The notes below the pieces were generated by a model, which was not told the origin of the DNA, did no database searches, and saw only the letters and a program-made list of their open reading frames with translations. A DNA stretch of 64,000 nt from Azolla caroliniana (Eukaryota > Plantae > Polypodiophyta): positions 15,624,001-15,688,000 of the forward strand of contig JBHGNT010000010.1 in NCBI GenBank assembly GCA_043228905.1, in the 5' to 3' direction. The stretch's first letter is position 1. The number at the start of each line of letters is the position of its first letter. Shown here one piece after another: positions 1 to 10,875 of this stretch. Both the position numbers and the translations under genes were made by a program.

Positions 1-276
1 AGAGGTAGGCGAAGAGGAACACCACGCTCGATTTGAGCGCACCCGAATCGAAGACGAGGTAGAAGAAAGGAGAGGGAGCCGGCATGATTAGGAATAACAA
101 AAAGGAAGAGGGGTGGGGGGTTAAACACTAAGATTAGAAACATAACCCGAAAACTAACAAACATAAAATCTAAATCTAGAAACATGAACCTAAAAATAAA
201 TAAAGGGTGGGGTAAATAGAAAGAAATTAAAAGATAGGCTTAAAGGGAGGGGGATTAACATACTAATTAAAATAAA

Positions 277-323
277 GAGAGAGAGAGAGAGAGATTAAAA
301 CATAAATAAACCTAAGATTAAAC

Positions 324-374
<51 letters not shown>

Positions 375-510
375 AAACATAAATAAACCTAAGATTAAAA
401 CTTAAAGAGAGAGAGAGAGAGATTAATACATAAATAAACCTAAGATTAAAACTAGAGAGAGAGAGAGAGAGAGAGATTAAAACATAAATAAACCTAAGAT
501 TAAAACTAAA
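277..510. repeat. (AG)n microsatellite tracts interleaved with a repeated ~30-bp ATTAAAACATAAATAAACCTAAGATTAAAAC unit
   Basis: Four AG tracts, each followed by a near-identical AT-rich unit, read directly. Confidence 0.9.
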
Positions 511-1369
511 AAACGAGACGAAAAACATGATTAAAATTTAAAACAAGGGTTACGGGGAGGGAGGAGGATTACCATACTAATAAAAATGAAAGAGAGAGGT
601 GCTATTACGAACTAGAGAAACATAATTAGAACACGATAAAAAAAGAGAGAGGGCGAGGGAGAGAAACATAATTAAAAACATGTAATTAACATTATAAATG
701 AAAAATTACATGGGGTTTGAGGTATGGTCTTATGGCAAACTAGTTTCGCCCATCACAGGCTCATCAGTGCCAACATAAGACCATGAGGGTATGGGAGGGG
801 GTTTATATAGGATTTTAGGAGAGGGGTATAGTGATGGTGTGGGATCAAAGTTGGGAGTGGGGGGGCAGGGGTGTGCTATGTGCATATGTGCACATTTAAG
901 GGAGAAAAAGATAGTGGGATGTGTTTTAAGGTTTTTTAAGGATAGGGAAAAGGGAATGGTAAGAGGGAAGGAGTGAGAGGGTATGGGAAAGAGTGTAGGG
1001 AGAAGTGAGAGAGAGGGGGAAGGGATGTGCATATGTGCACACGTGCATGTGCATGTTTAAGGAAGGAGGGGTAAAGTTGTTATAAGCTAGGGAAAAGGGA
1101 ATGGTGATGTGGGCACACGTGTGGGGTTAAAAAGTAAGAGAGAGGGGAAGGTATGGGTTAAAAAGGAAGAGAGAAGGGGAAGGTAGAGTTTTAAGAGAGA
1201 TGAAGGGTAGGGATAGGGATAAAGTATGGGTTTAGATGAGGGGAGGGCTAGAGGTGAAAATATAAAAAGTACGGGAGCGTATTTTCAAAAGTGAGGGTAG
1301 GGGTAGGGTGGGTAGGAGGGTAATAAACTAAAGGGTAATGGGAGGGGTAAGGTGGAAATTAGGGAAAAA

Positions 1370-1835
1370 TGAGGGGAAGGGTAGGGTGGCAATTATTTAA
1401 AAGTTGGGGGAAGGGTAGGGTGGTAATTAGGGAGAAGTGAGGGGAAGGGTAGGGTAGTAATTTTGAAAAGTAGAGAGAGGGGTATGGTGGTAATTTTGAA
1501 AAGTCGGGGGAAGGGTAGGGTGGTGATTAGAGAAAAGTGAGGGGAAGGGTAGGGTAGTAATTTTGAAAAGTAGAGAGACGGGTATGGTGGTAATTTTGAA
1601 AAGTTGAGGGAAGGGTAGGGTGGTGATTAGGGAAAAGTGAGGGGAAGGGTAGGCTAGTAATTTTGAAAAGTAGAGAGAGGGGTACCGTGGTAATTTTGAA
1701 AAGTCGAGGGAAGGGTAGGGTACTAACTAGGGAAAAGTGAGGGGAAGGGTAGGCTAGTAATTTTGAAAAGTAGAGAGAGGGGTGTGGTGGTAATTAGGGG
1801 GAGGGTAGTTTAGGAAAGTGAGGGGGAGGGTAGTA
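1370..1835. repeat. Purine-rich tandem repeat, ~120-bp period with GGGAAGGGTAGGG and GTAATTTTGAAAAG submotifs
   Basis: Lines 1441/1561/1681 and 1501/1621/1741 show recurring near-identical units. Boundaries approximate. Confidence 0.85.
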
Positions 1836-1924
1836 TAGGGTTGTTACGATATTTTGAATAAACATGTTGATATTATGTTGTTGTAAGCCTAGAATTTTAT
1901 CCTTGTGATAGCTTTGGTGAGAAT

Positions 1925-2987
1925 ATGTCCGAACGACCAGTAAAGAAGATCTGGTTGAGGTATCAAAGCCCTCCGGTAGCCTCGGAGAAACAACATGTTT
2001 TTACCAAAACCAAAAAAGGAAAGAAGTTGTTATTTAGTGATGACATAATTGAGCATCCCTCGGACAAGGTTAGTAAGAAAAAGGGGGTGGCCGCCATGGG
2101 TGGTGATAACCTTCTTGCCAAGGATATAACTGACCATGAGTGGGCACTACAATATGTCAACTCGAATAAGAAGGTCGTCCTATTGATTGCAAGAACCCAA
2201 GGTGAGGGTCAACTTGCGAAAGAACGTCAATTTTCGTATGGCCGGGTCTTGCGACTTGACTATGAAGACTCTAACTCCCTTAACCTAATATTGCTCGTAG
2301 AATGTTCGAAGGGAGTAAGAAAAATGTATGTGTCCGAAGATCAACTAGTGAAAGACTCTTCTGGCCCTGAGTCATTCAAAGTGGCTATAGAGACATCTAA
2401 TAACTTGATAACAACATTGAGACTATACATTCAAGGACACGTGACATTAAGAGAACCATCACCATCACTAGTAAAGGTGGCACCAAAAAAGGTTGGCAAT
2501 TAGTCAAGGCTTGCCAAAAAGAAAGTAACAAAAATGTTTGAGTCGGAGTCTTCAAGTTCGAGAGATGATGAGGAAATGCGAGCAACACCAAGGGCAGAGC
2601 TGGCCTTTGGTGTGTTATCCTCCAAACAAAATAAGATTTGAAGAGAAATCGCATAAAAGAAACTTGTGAGGAAGGGCTCGATATTTAACCTCCCCATCAT
2701 TCACATCCATAAATCCCCTTTCAACGCTAAAACAAGAAGAAGAACACTTGAGATAAAAGAGCCGCACAAGCTCCACGTTTAAAACTTAAAGAAAATGATG
2801 AAGATTAATCCCCATGCCATTGTTGTGCCCTTCATTGTTATGGTTGATCCTATTGAGTGTGCTTCTGTACAAGAATTCGTTGTCAAAAAGCATGAGCAAT
2901 ACAACGACCTTGTTATTGGTGGCTCGCATTCGACTGAAGCATAAAGGCAACTAGTACGGGAACATCCTGTGACCTTCTTCTTCAAAT
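1925..2987 (+). pseudogene. Segment 1 of decayed ParB-like/amino-DNA-methyltransferase gene: N-terminus and first half of the ParB/Srx-like domain
   Basis: One frame from ATG 1925 with five stops (TAG/TGA/TAA, consistent with C>T decay). Reads ...EPHKLHV*NLKKMMKINPHAIVVPFIVMVDP...DLVIGGSHSTEA*RQLVREHPVTFFFK and is cut by the LTR at 2988. Confidence 0.7.
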
Positions 2988-3411
2988 TTTCATAGACACG
3001 ATGGAACATAAGGGGTTGAACCCATGACCTCCTAGTCTTATTGGGCAACCTTACAATTGAGCTACATCCATCTATACATTGTTGTATTGTATAAGTTTCA
3101 AGTTATTACATTCTATGTTAATCACTAGAACTTTCAAGAAACTTCTAGAGAATGCATCTTCATGCACTCTCTAGAAGTTTCCATGCACTCTCTAGATGTT
3201 TCCTAGCTTGCATGCATACCACCACATTCTTGTATAAATATTTCGTTGCACCTTGATTACAATCCAGGTGAACAACACCAATTACGGAAGCATAATTTAA
3301 TTCTTGCTCTTTTGTCTACCTTCTCTCTCTCTATCTATATATCTATCTTTCACTCTCTCTTAATATTTAGCTCGCCTACTTATCCATGCCATGGTCTACC
3401 CGTCCATGACC
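2988..3411 (+). repeat. 5' LTR of element A
   Basis: Aligns with 31351-31850 except for the (CT)n expansion there; TATAAATA at 3233-3240. Confidence 0.9.
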
Positions 3412-3413
3412 GT

Positions 3414-3424
3414 TTGTTCACCTT
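3414..3424 (+). other. Putative self-priming primer-binding site of element A (TTGTTCACCTT)
   Basis: Reverse complement of AAGGTGAACAA in the LTR (11/11 at 31628-31638, 10/11 at 3265-3275), about 30 nt after the TATA box. No TGG tRNA PBS is present. Confidence 0.75.
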
Positions 3425-3438
3425 CCCTTCTTGTTACC

Positions 3439-3789
3439 ATGTCCGACTCGGCCTTAAGCCAAGTAATGGCAACCATGGAACAACTTCAATTAGAAAATGA
3501 AAGCCTTCGTTAATCATTACGGGAGCTTCAAAATAGCACAACCAACAACCCTCCACCCATTGAGCCTCACCTTCCTTTAGCACCTAACCCAACCCCTTCC
3601 TCTTCCCATTCATATGTCCTCGAACCTAACGTCAACCTACCTGACAAATTCAACGGCTCGAGGGCGCATCTTCGTGGCTTCGTCAATCAAATTCGGCTTA
3701 TCATCCACTTACAACCCCAACGTTATGCTAGTGATTTCTCTCAGGTCGGCCTCGTTGGCACCCTTCTCTCATGGCCGGCACAAGCGCGG
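3439..3789 (+). pseudogene. Element A gag, N-terminal part
   Basis: MSDSALSQVMATMEQLQ...LPDKFNGSRAHLRGFVNQIRL...AQAR; the frame resumes at 20737 (FAPLIKTSSP) once element B is removed. Confidence 0.8.
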
Positions 3790-4453
3790 TGTCGTGAAGA
3801 AAACCATCCCTTAGCGCAATCGGTGCATAGCGCACGTGAACCGACTCTTCACGCGTGCGCGCCCTTTAATGTATATAATAGAGAATTAGGTACAAAGGTA
3901 TATCCTAGGTAGTTAGATTTGGTAGGTAGGAAGTTAATGAGGGAAACGGCTCTCTTCTTGAAGCTATAAAAGAGAGGGAGACGCGGGAGAGATGGGGGCA
4001 TTTTTATTTAGAGAGGGAGGAGGACGAAGTGTTGTCGGACTGAAACCGAAGGCTTCTCCTCTGTTCGTCCTCCATCACTCTTCTCTGCAGGTTTTCGGGA
4101 GGCTCGCGCTGCTTCGAGGAACGCCCGTGTGCTTCCGGCAGCACCTCCATCCTATCCCCTTTCGTGCGCAGACGAACAAGCATCGACATCTGTTCGCCGG
4201 TCTGTTCGGTTGTAACCGCTCGCGTGCTCTGTTGTTTATTTGTCATTCGTTAATATACAAACATTTGTGTCTCTCTGTCTCTGTGTCCATTCGTGTCTTC
4301 TGCGTTGACGGGCCTCGTCCTTGTGTTTCTTTGCTCATACGTAACCGGGCGTCTCTCTCTTTCTCTCTCCCCTTCTATCACCTGCTCTTCAGTTCAAGAC
4401 CCCGGTGGTCCCGCCTCGTTTCTCCACGCACGCACGTAGTAACGTGACATCTT

Positions 4454-4471
4454 TGGTGAACCCGACGTGAA
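4454..4471 (+). other. tRNA-Trp primer-binding site of element B
   Basis: TGGTGAACCCGACGTGAA is complementary to the 3' end of plant tRNA-Trp(CCA) and starts 4 nt after the LTR. The same PBS is on the minus strand at 16504-16521 for B'. Confidence 0.85.
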
Positions 4472-4493
4472 CAAGGCGGTAGAGGAGCAGAAG

Positions 4494-6619
4494 ATGAGGG
4501 GGTCGGATCTTGCAGAGGCCATGGCTTCGGCCGTGGACCGGATAGTGAGCGCGCGCGAGGGCACCGGCGCCCTTGACAGGGCTATTGAGGTGATCGTCGG
4601 TACGATCGACCGATTCAATGGAAAGGATGCCACAAGTTATTTGGCGTCCTACCGGGCGGAGATGTTGATGAGGGATATTCCGGAAGAGAGACGTCTTGCC
4701 GGATTCCCTCGAGTGGCGATGCCAGGCATCCATGCGGAGGTGCTCGAGGTCCGGGCGGAGAGCCGGACCTGGGAGGAGTTCGAAGTACGGCTCCTGGAGA
4801 AATACGGGCTGGATGACGCGCTTCGGCTTTCGAAGCGGGGCTTCATGGAGTGGGTGGAGTCCCCCAACAAAGGAAGAAATGCGTCGGTACTCCTCCGGGA
4901 GTTTGAGGAACGCTTGCGCGCCTTTCGGCGCTCGATCGGACCGTTCTGGACACAAGTCGTGTCCTACTGTTTGTCAAATCGGTTGACGCATGGGATCGGG
5001 AGCAAGTGGGCTCCTTACTGGAAACCGAAGACGGGCTGACAGCCGACTGGGCCACGGTAAAAAGAGTCTGCGGCCGTTTTGACAAACGGCGGGAGTGGGC
5101 TGATACAGGGGCGACCGGGGCGGGTCCTGTCGCAGCAAGGAAGCTCGAACCGATACCACAGGCGCGAAGGGAAGAGACCCGGGAGTGGCTCGAAACCGGT
5201 TCGGCTTCGACCGGCGTTGTCAGAGGCTCGTCCGGGGGAACATCTTTGGAGGAGTTGACACGGGCGGTAAAGGATCTCCAGATCGCCCAGGCTCGAAGGG
5301 AAGGCGGCGAACAGGCTCGTGACCGACGGCCTCCGGCAGGAAATAGGTGCATGTGGTGCGACGAGGTCGACCACATCCGGAAAGACTGCGGGGACTTTGC
5401 GGAGGCTTTGAGAAGCCGGGTAGTGTACCTGTGGGAAGGTCGGGTGCACGCCAACGATACCCGGAGGGCCCTGAACCGAAACGACGAGTGAGGAGGAATG
5501 AAAAGGCTAATGGAAGAGGCGGCGGCCCGGCACGTGGAGACCGTCCACTACTCGGCGTCAGCCGGTATTCGGGTCGGAGGCAGCGAGGCCCGGAAGGAGA
5601 GCAAAGCCGGGTTCTGGCCGACGATGCTGGAAGGCCTCGCCGGTGCCTGACTAAGGAAAGACGAGGCGGACCGCACGGAGAAGCGGGTCCAAGAGGTAAC
5701 CGGGTGGAGTGACCCGGTCGAAGAAAAGACGGGTTTCGTCGAAGCAGCTTGCCAAAACTACGAGGCTCTGGTTGAAGACAAACGGGTAGGTAAAACCGGA
5801 GGGGCCAGACTCTCACAGAGATACGAAACCCGATTCGGGCCGAAACGGAACGAGGCCGGTGAGACCAGTGCCCGGGATAACCACAAGAAGGGCGGATACC
5901 GGTTGGGCACGGAGATCGAAAGGACCACGGACCTATGAAAGGTCCTGGAAGAACGAATCCTTGATAGCAAGGTGGAATTGTCGTTGCGGGAGGTGCTCAG
6001 AATCGCCAAGAAGGAGTTCCACGACTCCATCGTAGACTTGGTGAAGAGGAAGAGGCTGTCGACGGAGACAGAACCGGAAAGACCGGTGGAGGTGCGAACG
6101 ACGCACATAGAGGACATGGCGCTGGAAGACGAGTGGGCGGAGAGCCACTATTCGAGGCCACACTGGGCCCAAGCGACCACGGAAACCCCGGTGAAGATCG
6201 GAGATGTTCAGGAACCGGTGATGGCGTTGGTGGACCACGGTTCGGAAATAAACCTGATGTCCATGGACTTCTACAAGAAGGGGAAATGGCCGATCAACAC
6301 CAAGCACGGGTGGAAGATACGGGCGGCGACGCGCGCCACCGAGGAACTACACGGGGCCTGCCCAAACATGCGAGTCAAGATCGGCGACGTCGAAATACAC
6401 CAGCACTTCTATGTGCAGGAGACGTCCTCGCACCCGGTCATACTGGGAGAACCGTACATTACGGCAGCGTGGATGGAGACCAAGGTGTTGGACAACGGGT
6501 CGGCTTACGCGAGGGTCAAGAGTCAGGACGGGCGTCATTCGGTCCAATTCCTGACGGTGCGACCGAACCACGAGCGAAACCGCAAGTCCCTCGGTGGTGA
6601 GAACTGAGAGGATTTTTAG
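4494..6619 (+). pseudogene. Element B gag-protease ORF1, disrupted
   Basis: Zinc knuckle CMWCDEVDHIRKDC and protease LVDHGSEIN; co-linear with the intact B' ORF but carrying a frameshift and stops. Confidence 0.85.
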
Positions 6620-9600
6620 AGAGGGCTATCAAGGCGTGGGGCCGCGATAGTCCGGACACTCCGGGAAAACCCCACAAATGTACGATAAAGGCGAAACCGA
6701 AGAAACCTTGTACCGTAAGTAGGAAGTTTTGTTTCTCCGACAACGGAGGGTGGATGATAGTCGGTGTCGTTGGCCGAGAAAAGACAAGGGCGGAAGAGCG
6801 ACTTCGGGCGTGCGGAGTTCTCGGGCCCAGCGAGGAAATCAACGGAGCCGTGGAGGCGATCTCCTTCGACGATACCTTGGGAATACTGCGAGAGGTGGTC
6901 GGAGAGGGCCTTAAAGAGGACCGGACGATACCGGTTTGTTCAGAAGAGGTGTACGAAGTCATCGCGGACTTCAGTTCGGGGCTCGAGTCGGATCCGACGG
7001 CCCAGGTTAACACGAAGTACAAGACTGTGGACTGGAAGGTAAGGCCAGTTGCGGCACCCTTACCGGAGGGCAGCGAGTTGCGAATCAAGGGGGTCACGTC
7101 GTACCCCAGTTTACGAGATCCGGCCTGCATAGGACACACCTTCACCGACAGAACGCTACGGGAGCTCAAAATCGGTGGGGGCGGGTTCCTACTGCCAGCG
7201 GAAGAAGACCGGTTTCGGAGAATGCTCGGAAGGCACGGGAAAGCCTTCGCATTCTCACCGGAAGAGATCGGGTGCATAAACCCGACAGTCGTGAAGCCGA
7301 TGGTGACATGCACGGTACCGCATGTACCGTGGAATCTCAAACCAATTCTGGTACCGAGAGCTCACATTTCGGAGCTGATGGAACTGTTGAGGCAGAAAGT
7401 CGATATGGGCATCCTCGAACCGTCGAGTGCCCCGTACTCGAACCGGTGGTTTACCGTACCGAAGAAGAACGGGACGTTGCGCTTCATTCAGGACCTGCAA
7501 CCGGTCAACAGAGTGACCATTCGGAACGCAAGAATCGGACCAACAATAGACGAGTTCGCGGAGGCCTTCGCCGGAAGGTCGATCTACTTGGTCGGTGATC
7601 TGTACTCGGGGTACGATCAGTTCCAACTAGCCATAGAGAGCAAGACATTACAACGATGCGGACTCCTCTCGGCCTAGTGGGGATGTGTACCCTGTCACAA
7701 GGAGGGACGAACTCGGTGGCCCACATGGTGAATGCAATGAATAAGGTGCTGAGGGATTGTATCCCGGACATCACCATGCCATTCTTGGACGACATCCCGA
7801 TCAAGGGATGTCCGGTGGAGGAAAAGGACGAAACGATCGGACCGGACGGATGCCGGAAATTCGTGGCGACACACATTGACGACTGCGAGAGGGTGCTGCA
7901 GAGGCTAGAGGACGCGAGGCTCACCTTCTCCGGGGAGAAATCGGCCTTCGGGCAATCAGAGATCATGGTCGTCGGACATCTATGCGGACCGTATGGCCGG
8001 AAACCGTCTCCGGCTAAGGTGGAAGCCATCTCCGCAATGAAGCCCGGTTGTATCTCGGTCACGGAGGTACGGAGGTTCTTGGGAGCATGCGCGTTCTACC
8101 ACATATGGATCCCGCATTACGCCCACATTGCCGAGCCACTATACGGGTTGCTAAAAAAGGGGCGAAAATTCGAGTGGCGAGGCGAGCATACGGAGTCGGT
8201 CCGAAAGATGAAGGAGGCTCTTGCTGCAGCTCCGGCACTCCGGAAGGCTGTCTACGAGAAAGGCACCCCCATCTACATAACGGTAGATACAAGGCCGACC
8301 GGGATCGGATGGGTCGTCAACCAAGAAGATGCGGACGACATTCGGTTCCCAATCCGGTTCGGCGCGAAGGTCCTTAGCGAGCGACAACGAGGATACGCCT
8401 AGGTTAAACGCGAACTCTGGGGTATCGTTTCGGCGGTGAAGGCCGATAAAGACTATCTGATCGGGACAAAGGTGATTATCGAGACGGACTGCCTGCCGAT
8501 TCTCGGCATGGTTTCCGGATGCGCAACCCCGGACCTGGCAATGCTCAAGTGGATAGCGTACATCAAGTCCCTGGATCCGGAAATACGACACCTTTCCGGG
8601 AAAGACAATGCCATGGCCGACATGCTTTCGAGGGTGCGATTCGACGACGAGGGCGGCATGGTTTCAGAGGACGAGGAAGTCAGCGTGGACTTCTTCGAGG
8701 CGGCTTGCATAACAACCGGGGGGGGGGGGAGGGGGGGGGGGGGAGCACTCCGACACTTAACGATTTCAACGAGAGCAAGTACGACGGGGAGTGGCTGCAG
8801 ATTGGGGGATTCTTAAGGACGATGACGTCGGACGCGTCATGGACAAAGGACGAGACCAACCGGATCCGGAAGAAAGCGTAGCGATTCTTTCTCCGGAACG
8901 GATACTTGTGGAAGCACCCGAAGAAGAGAAACGGCATCCCGCTCCGAGTTGTGGCGATGGAGGAGGAACAGGAGGAGTTGCTGAAGGCCTACCACGACAG
9001 CCCCTGGGCTGGACACCGTGGGACGTGGGCCACGTTCGAGAAACTAAAGGGGAAGTACTGGTGGCGGGGACTGTACCGGGACGTGCATCGGTTCGTGACA
9101 ACTTGTAAGAGCTGTCAGATACACTCCATAGTCCGACATCGGGACGAGCTTCACCCTACATACCCTCCGGCCATCCACTTCAAATGGATGGTAGATTTGG
9201 TGACGATGCCGATGGGCGTAGGGCAGATGCGATATCTGGTGTTGGCCCGGGAGTACCTGACGAACCAGGTGGAAGGTTGAGCCCTGCAGAACAAAACGAC
9301 CGTGGTCGTGTGTCGGTTCCTGATCGAGGACGTGATATGCCGGTACGGGTGCGTCGGGAAGATCGTGGTTGACCGCGGGGAGTTGGACGCCGAAGAGGCC
9401 GAGGAGTTGTTCGACCGGTTAGGGGTCAAGCTCTCGCTCACCACAGCGTACAATCCCGAGGCGAACGGGAAGGTGGAGCGCGGACACGGACCGATCGTCA
9501 AAGCCCTAGTCCGGGCGTGCGGAGGCCAGGTCGGGAACTGGCCATGACTGTTACCTTATGCCTTGTGGGCGAACTGGACAACGCACAGTTCGGTAACCGG

Positions 9601-9990
9601 GTTCATGCCGTCAAAGCTCATGTTCGGACAGAAGCCGATCATGCCGATGGAACGGACGATCTCCTCTTGGGCGACAGTGGAATGGAAAGACGAGATGAGC
9701 CGGGAAGAACTGCTAGCGGCGCGTATACGGCAGCTCGAGCGGAGGCCAGAGGACGTGGAACGAGCGGCGGAGAGACTTCGGACGGCGAGGATGAGGAACA
9801 AAGCCCGGTTCGACCGAACGCACCGGCTCCGACCAAAGAAAATCGAGGAAGGCGACTAGGTGCTAGTCTACGACAACAGCCTCGACAACCAGCACCGGGC
9901 AACACGGAAGTTTGCAAAGCGGTGGTTCGGGCCTTACGTGGTAACGAGCGCCAACGACAACGGGACGTATCACCTGGCGGAACTCGACGG
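6610..9990 (+). pseudogene. Element B pol (RT-RNaseH-integrase), disrupted; resumes at 19858
   Basis: RT FLDD, RNase H, integrase HHCC and GPY motif; frameshifts include a poly-G expansion at ~8718-8743. Confidence 0.85.
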
Positions 9991-10875
9991 TGTCGAGATA
10001 TTACGCAAGTGCGTGTGGAATCGAGGCGGGACCGCGGGGGTCTCGAACCAAAGAGCAAGCGTGGGAGGAGAAAGAGAGAGAACCGGCTACGCAGGACCGG
10101 GGATACACAGGGACACGGCCCTTCAGCACGGAGAACGCGAACAGAGACCGACACAGACAGATGCGAATGACTTAATATGTATATTAAGAAAATGGCTAAC
10201 ACTACTACAACCCTCGATGGGGCACAGGTTGGTTACAACCGAACAGGCCGGCGAACAGATGCCGATGCCTGCTCGCTTCGACGCACAAAACGGGCAAAAA
10301 AAAGGGGGGGGGGTAGCCGGTTGGAGGCGCTGCCGGAAGCACTCGGGCGTTCCTCGAAACAGCGCGAGCCTCCTCGGAACCCTGCACAGAAAGCTATGGA
10401 GCTCAAGAAGGAAGGAAACAGAGAGAGAGAAGCGTCCAGAAACGGTCCGACAGCACTTCGTCCTCTCCGCGCGAGATCCCCCTGCAACAGCTCTTTCCTG
10501 CTCTTATATAGCCCGACGAGCAGGCCGTCCTGTCATCTTTATTCCCTGTCCCTTTCGAACAGGGATCCGCTCCGTTCTTCGCGCATCCGCGTAGTTACGC
10601 CGCCGACTCGTGCCGTCCCTTAGCTCGCGCGCGCGACCGAAAAGACTGTTCGCGCGGTCTTTGTCTCTACCTATGTTAGGGCCCGTTCCTGCCGATTATC
10701 CCCCTAACTCGCTTCTTCGTACTACTTGGAGCTTGCGCGCGTGAAGAACCGGTTCCCACGCCTAGGTGCGCCGATTCCGCCTATGGACGGTTTTCTTCAC
10801 GACATCCGCCCCCACCTAACCGCGCATCCTCCGGTATGCGCCAAGAGAGTTGGGACTGAGAAAACCGGCCCGTCT

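Noticed and set aside
295-1032. ORFs 295-528, 730-1032 and 791-976
   Set aside because: Translations of microsatellite or purine-rich low-complexity DNA.
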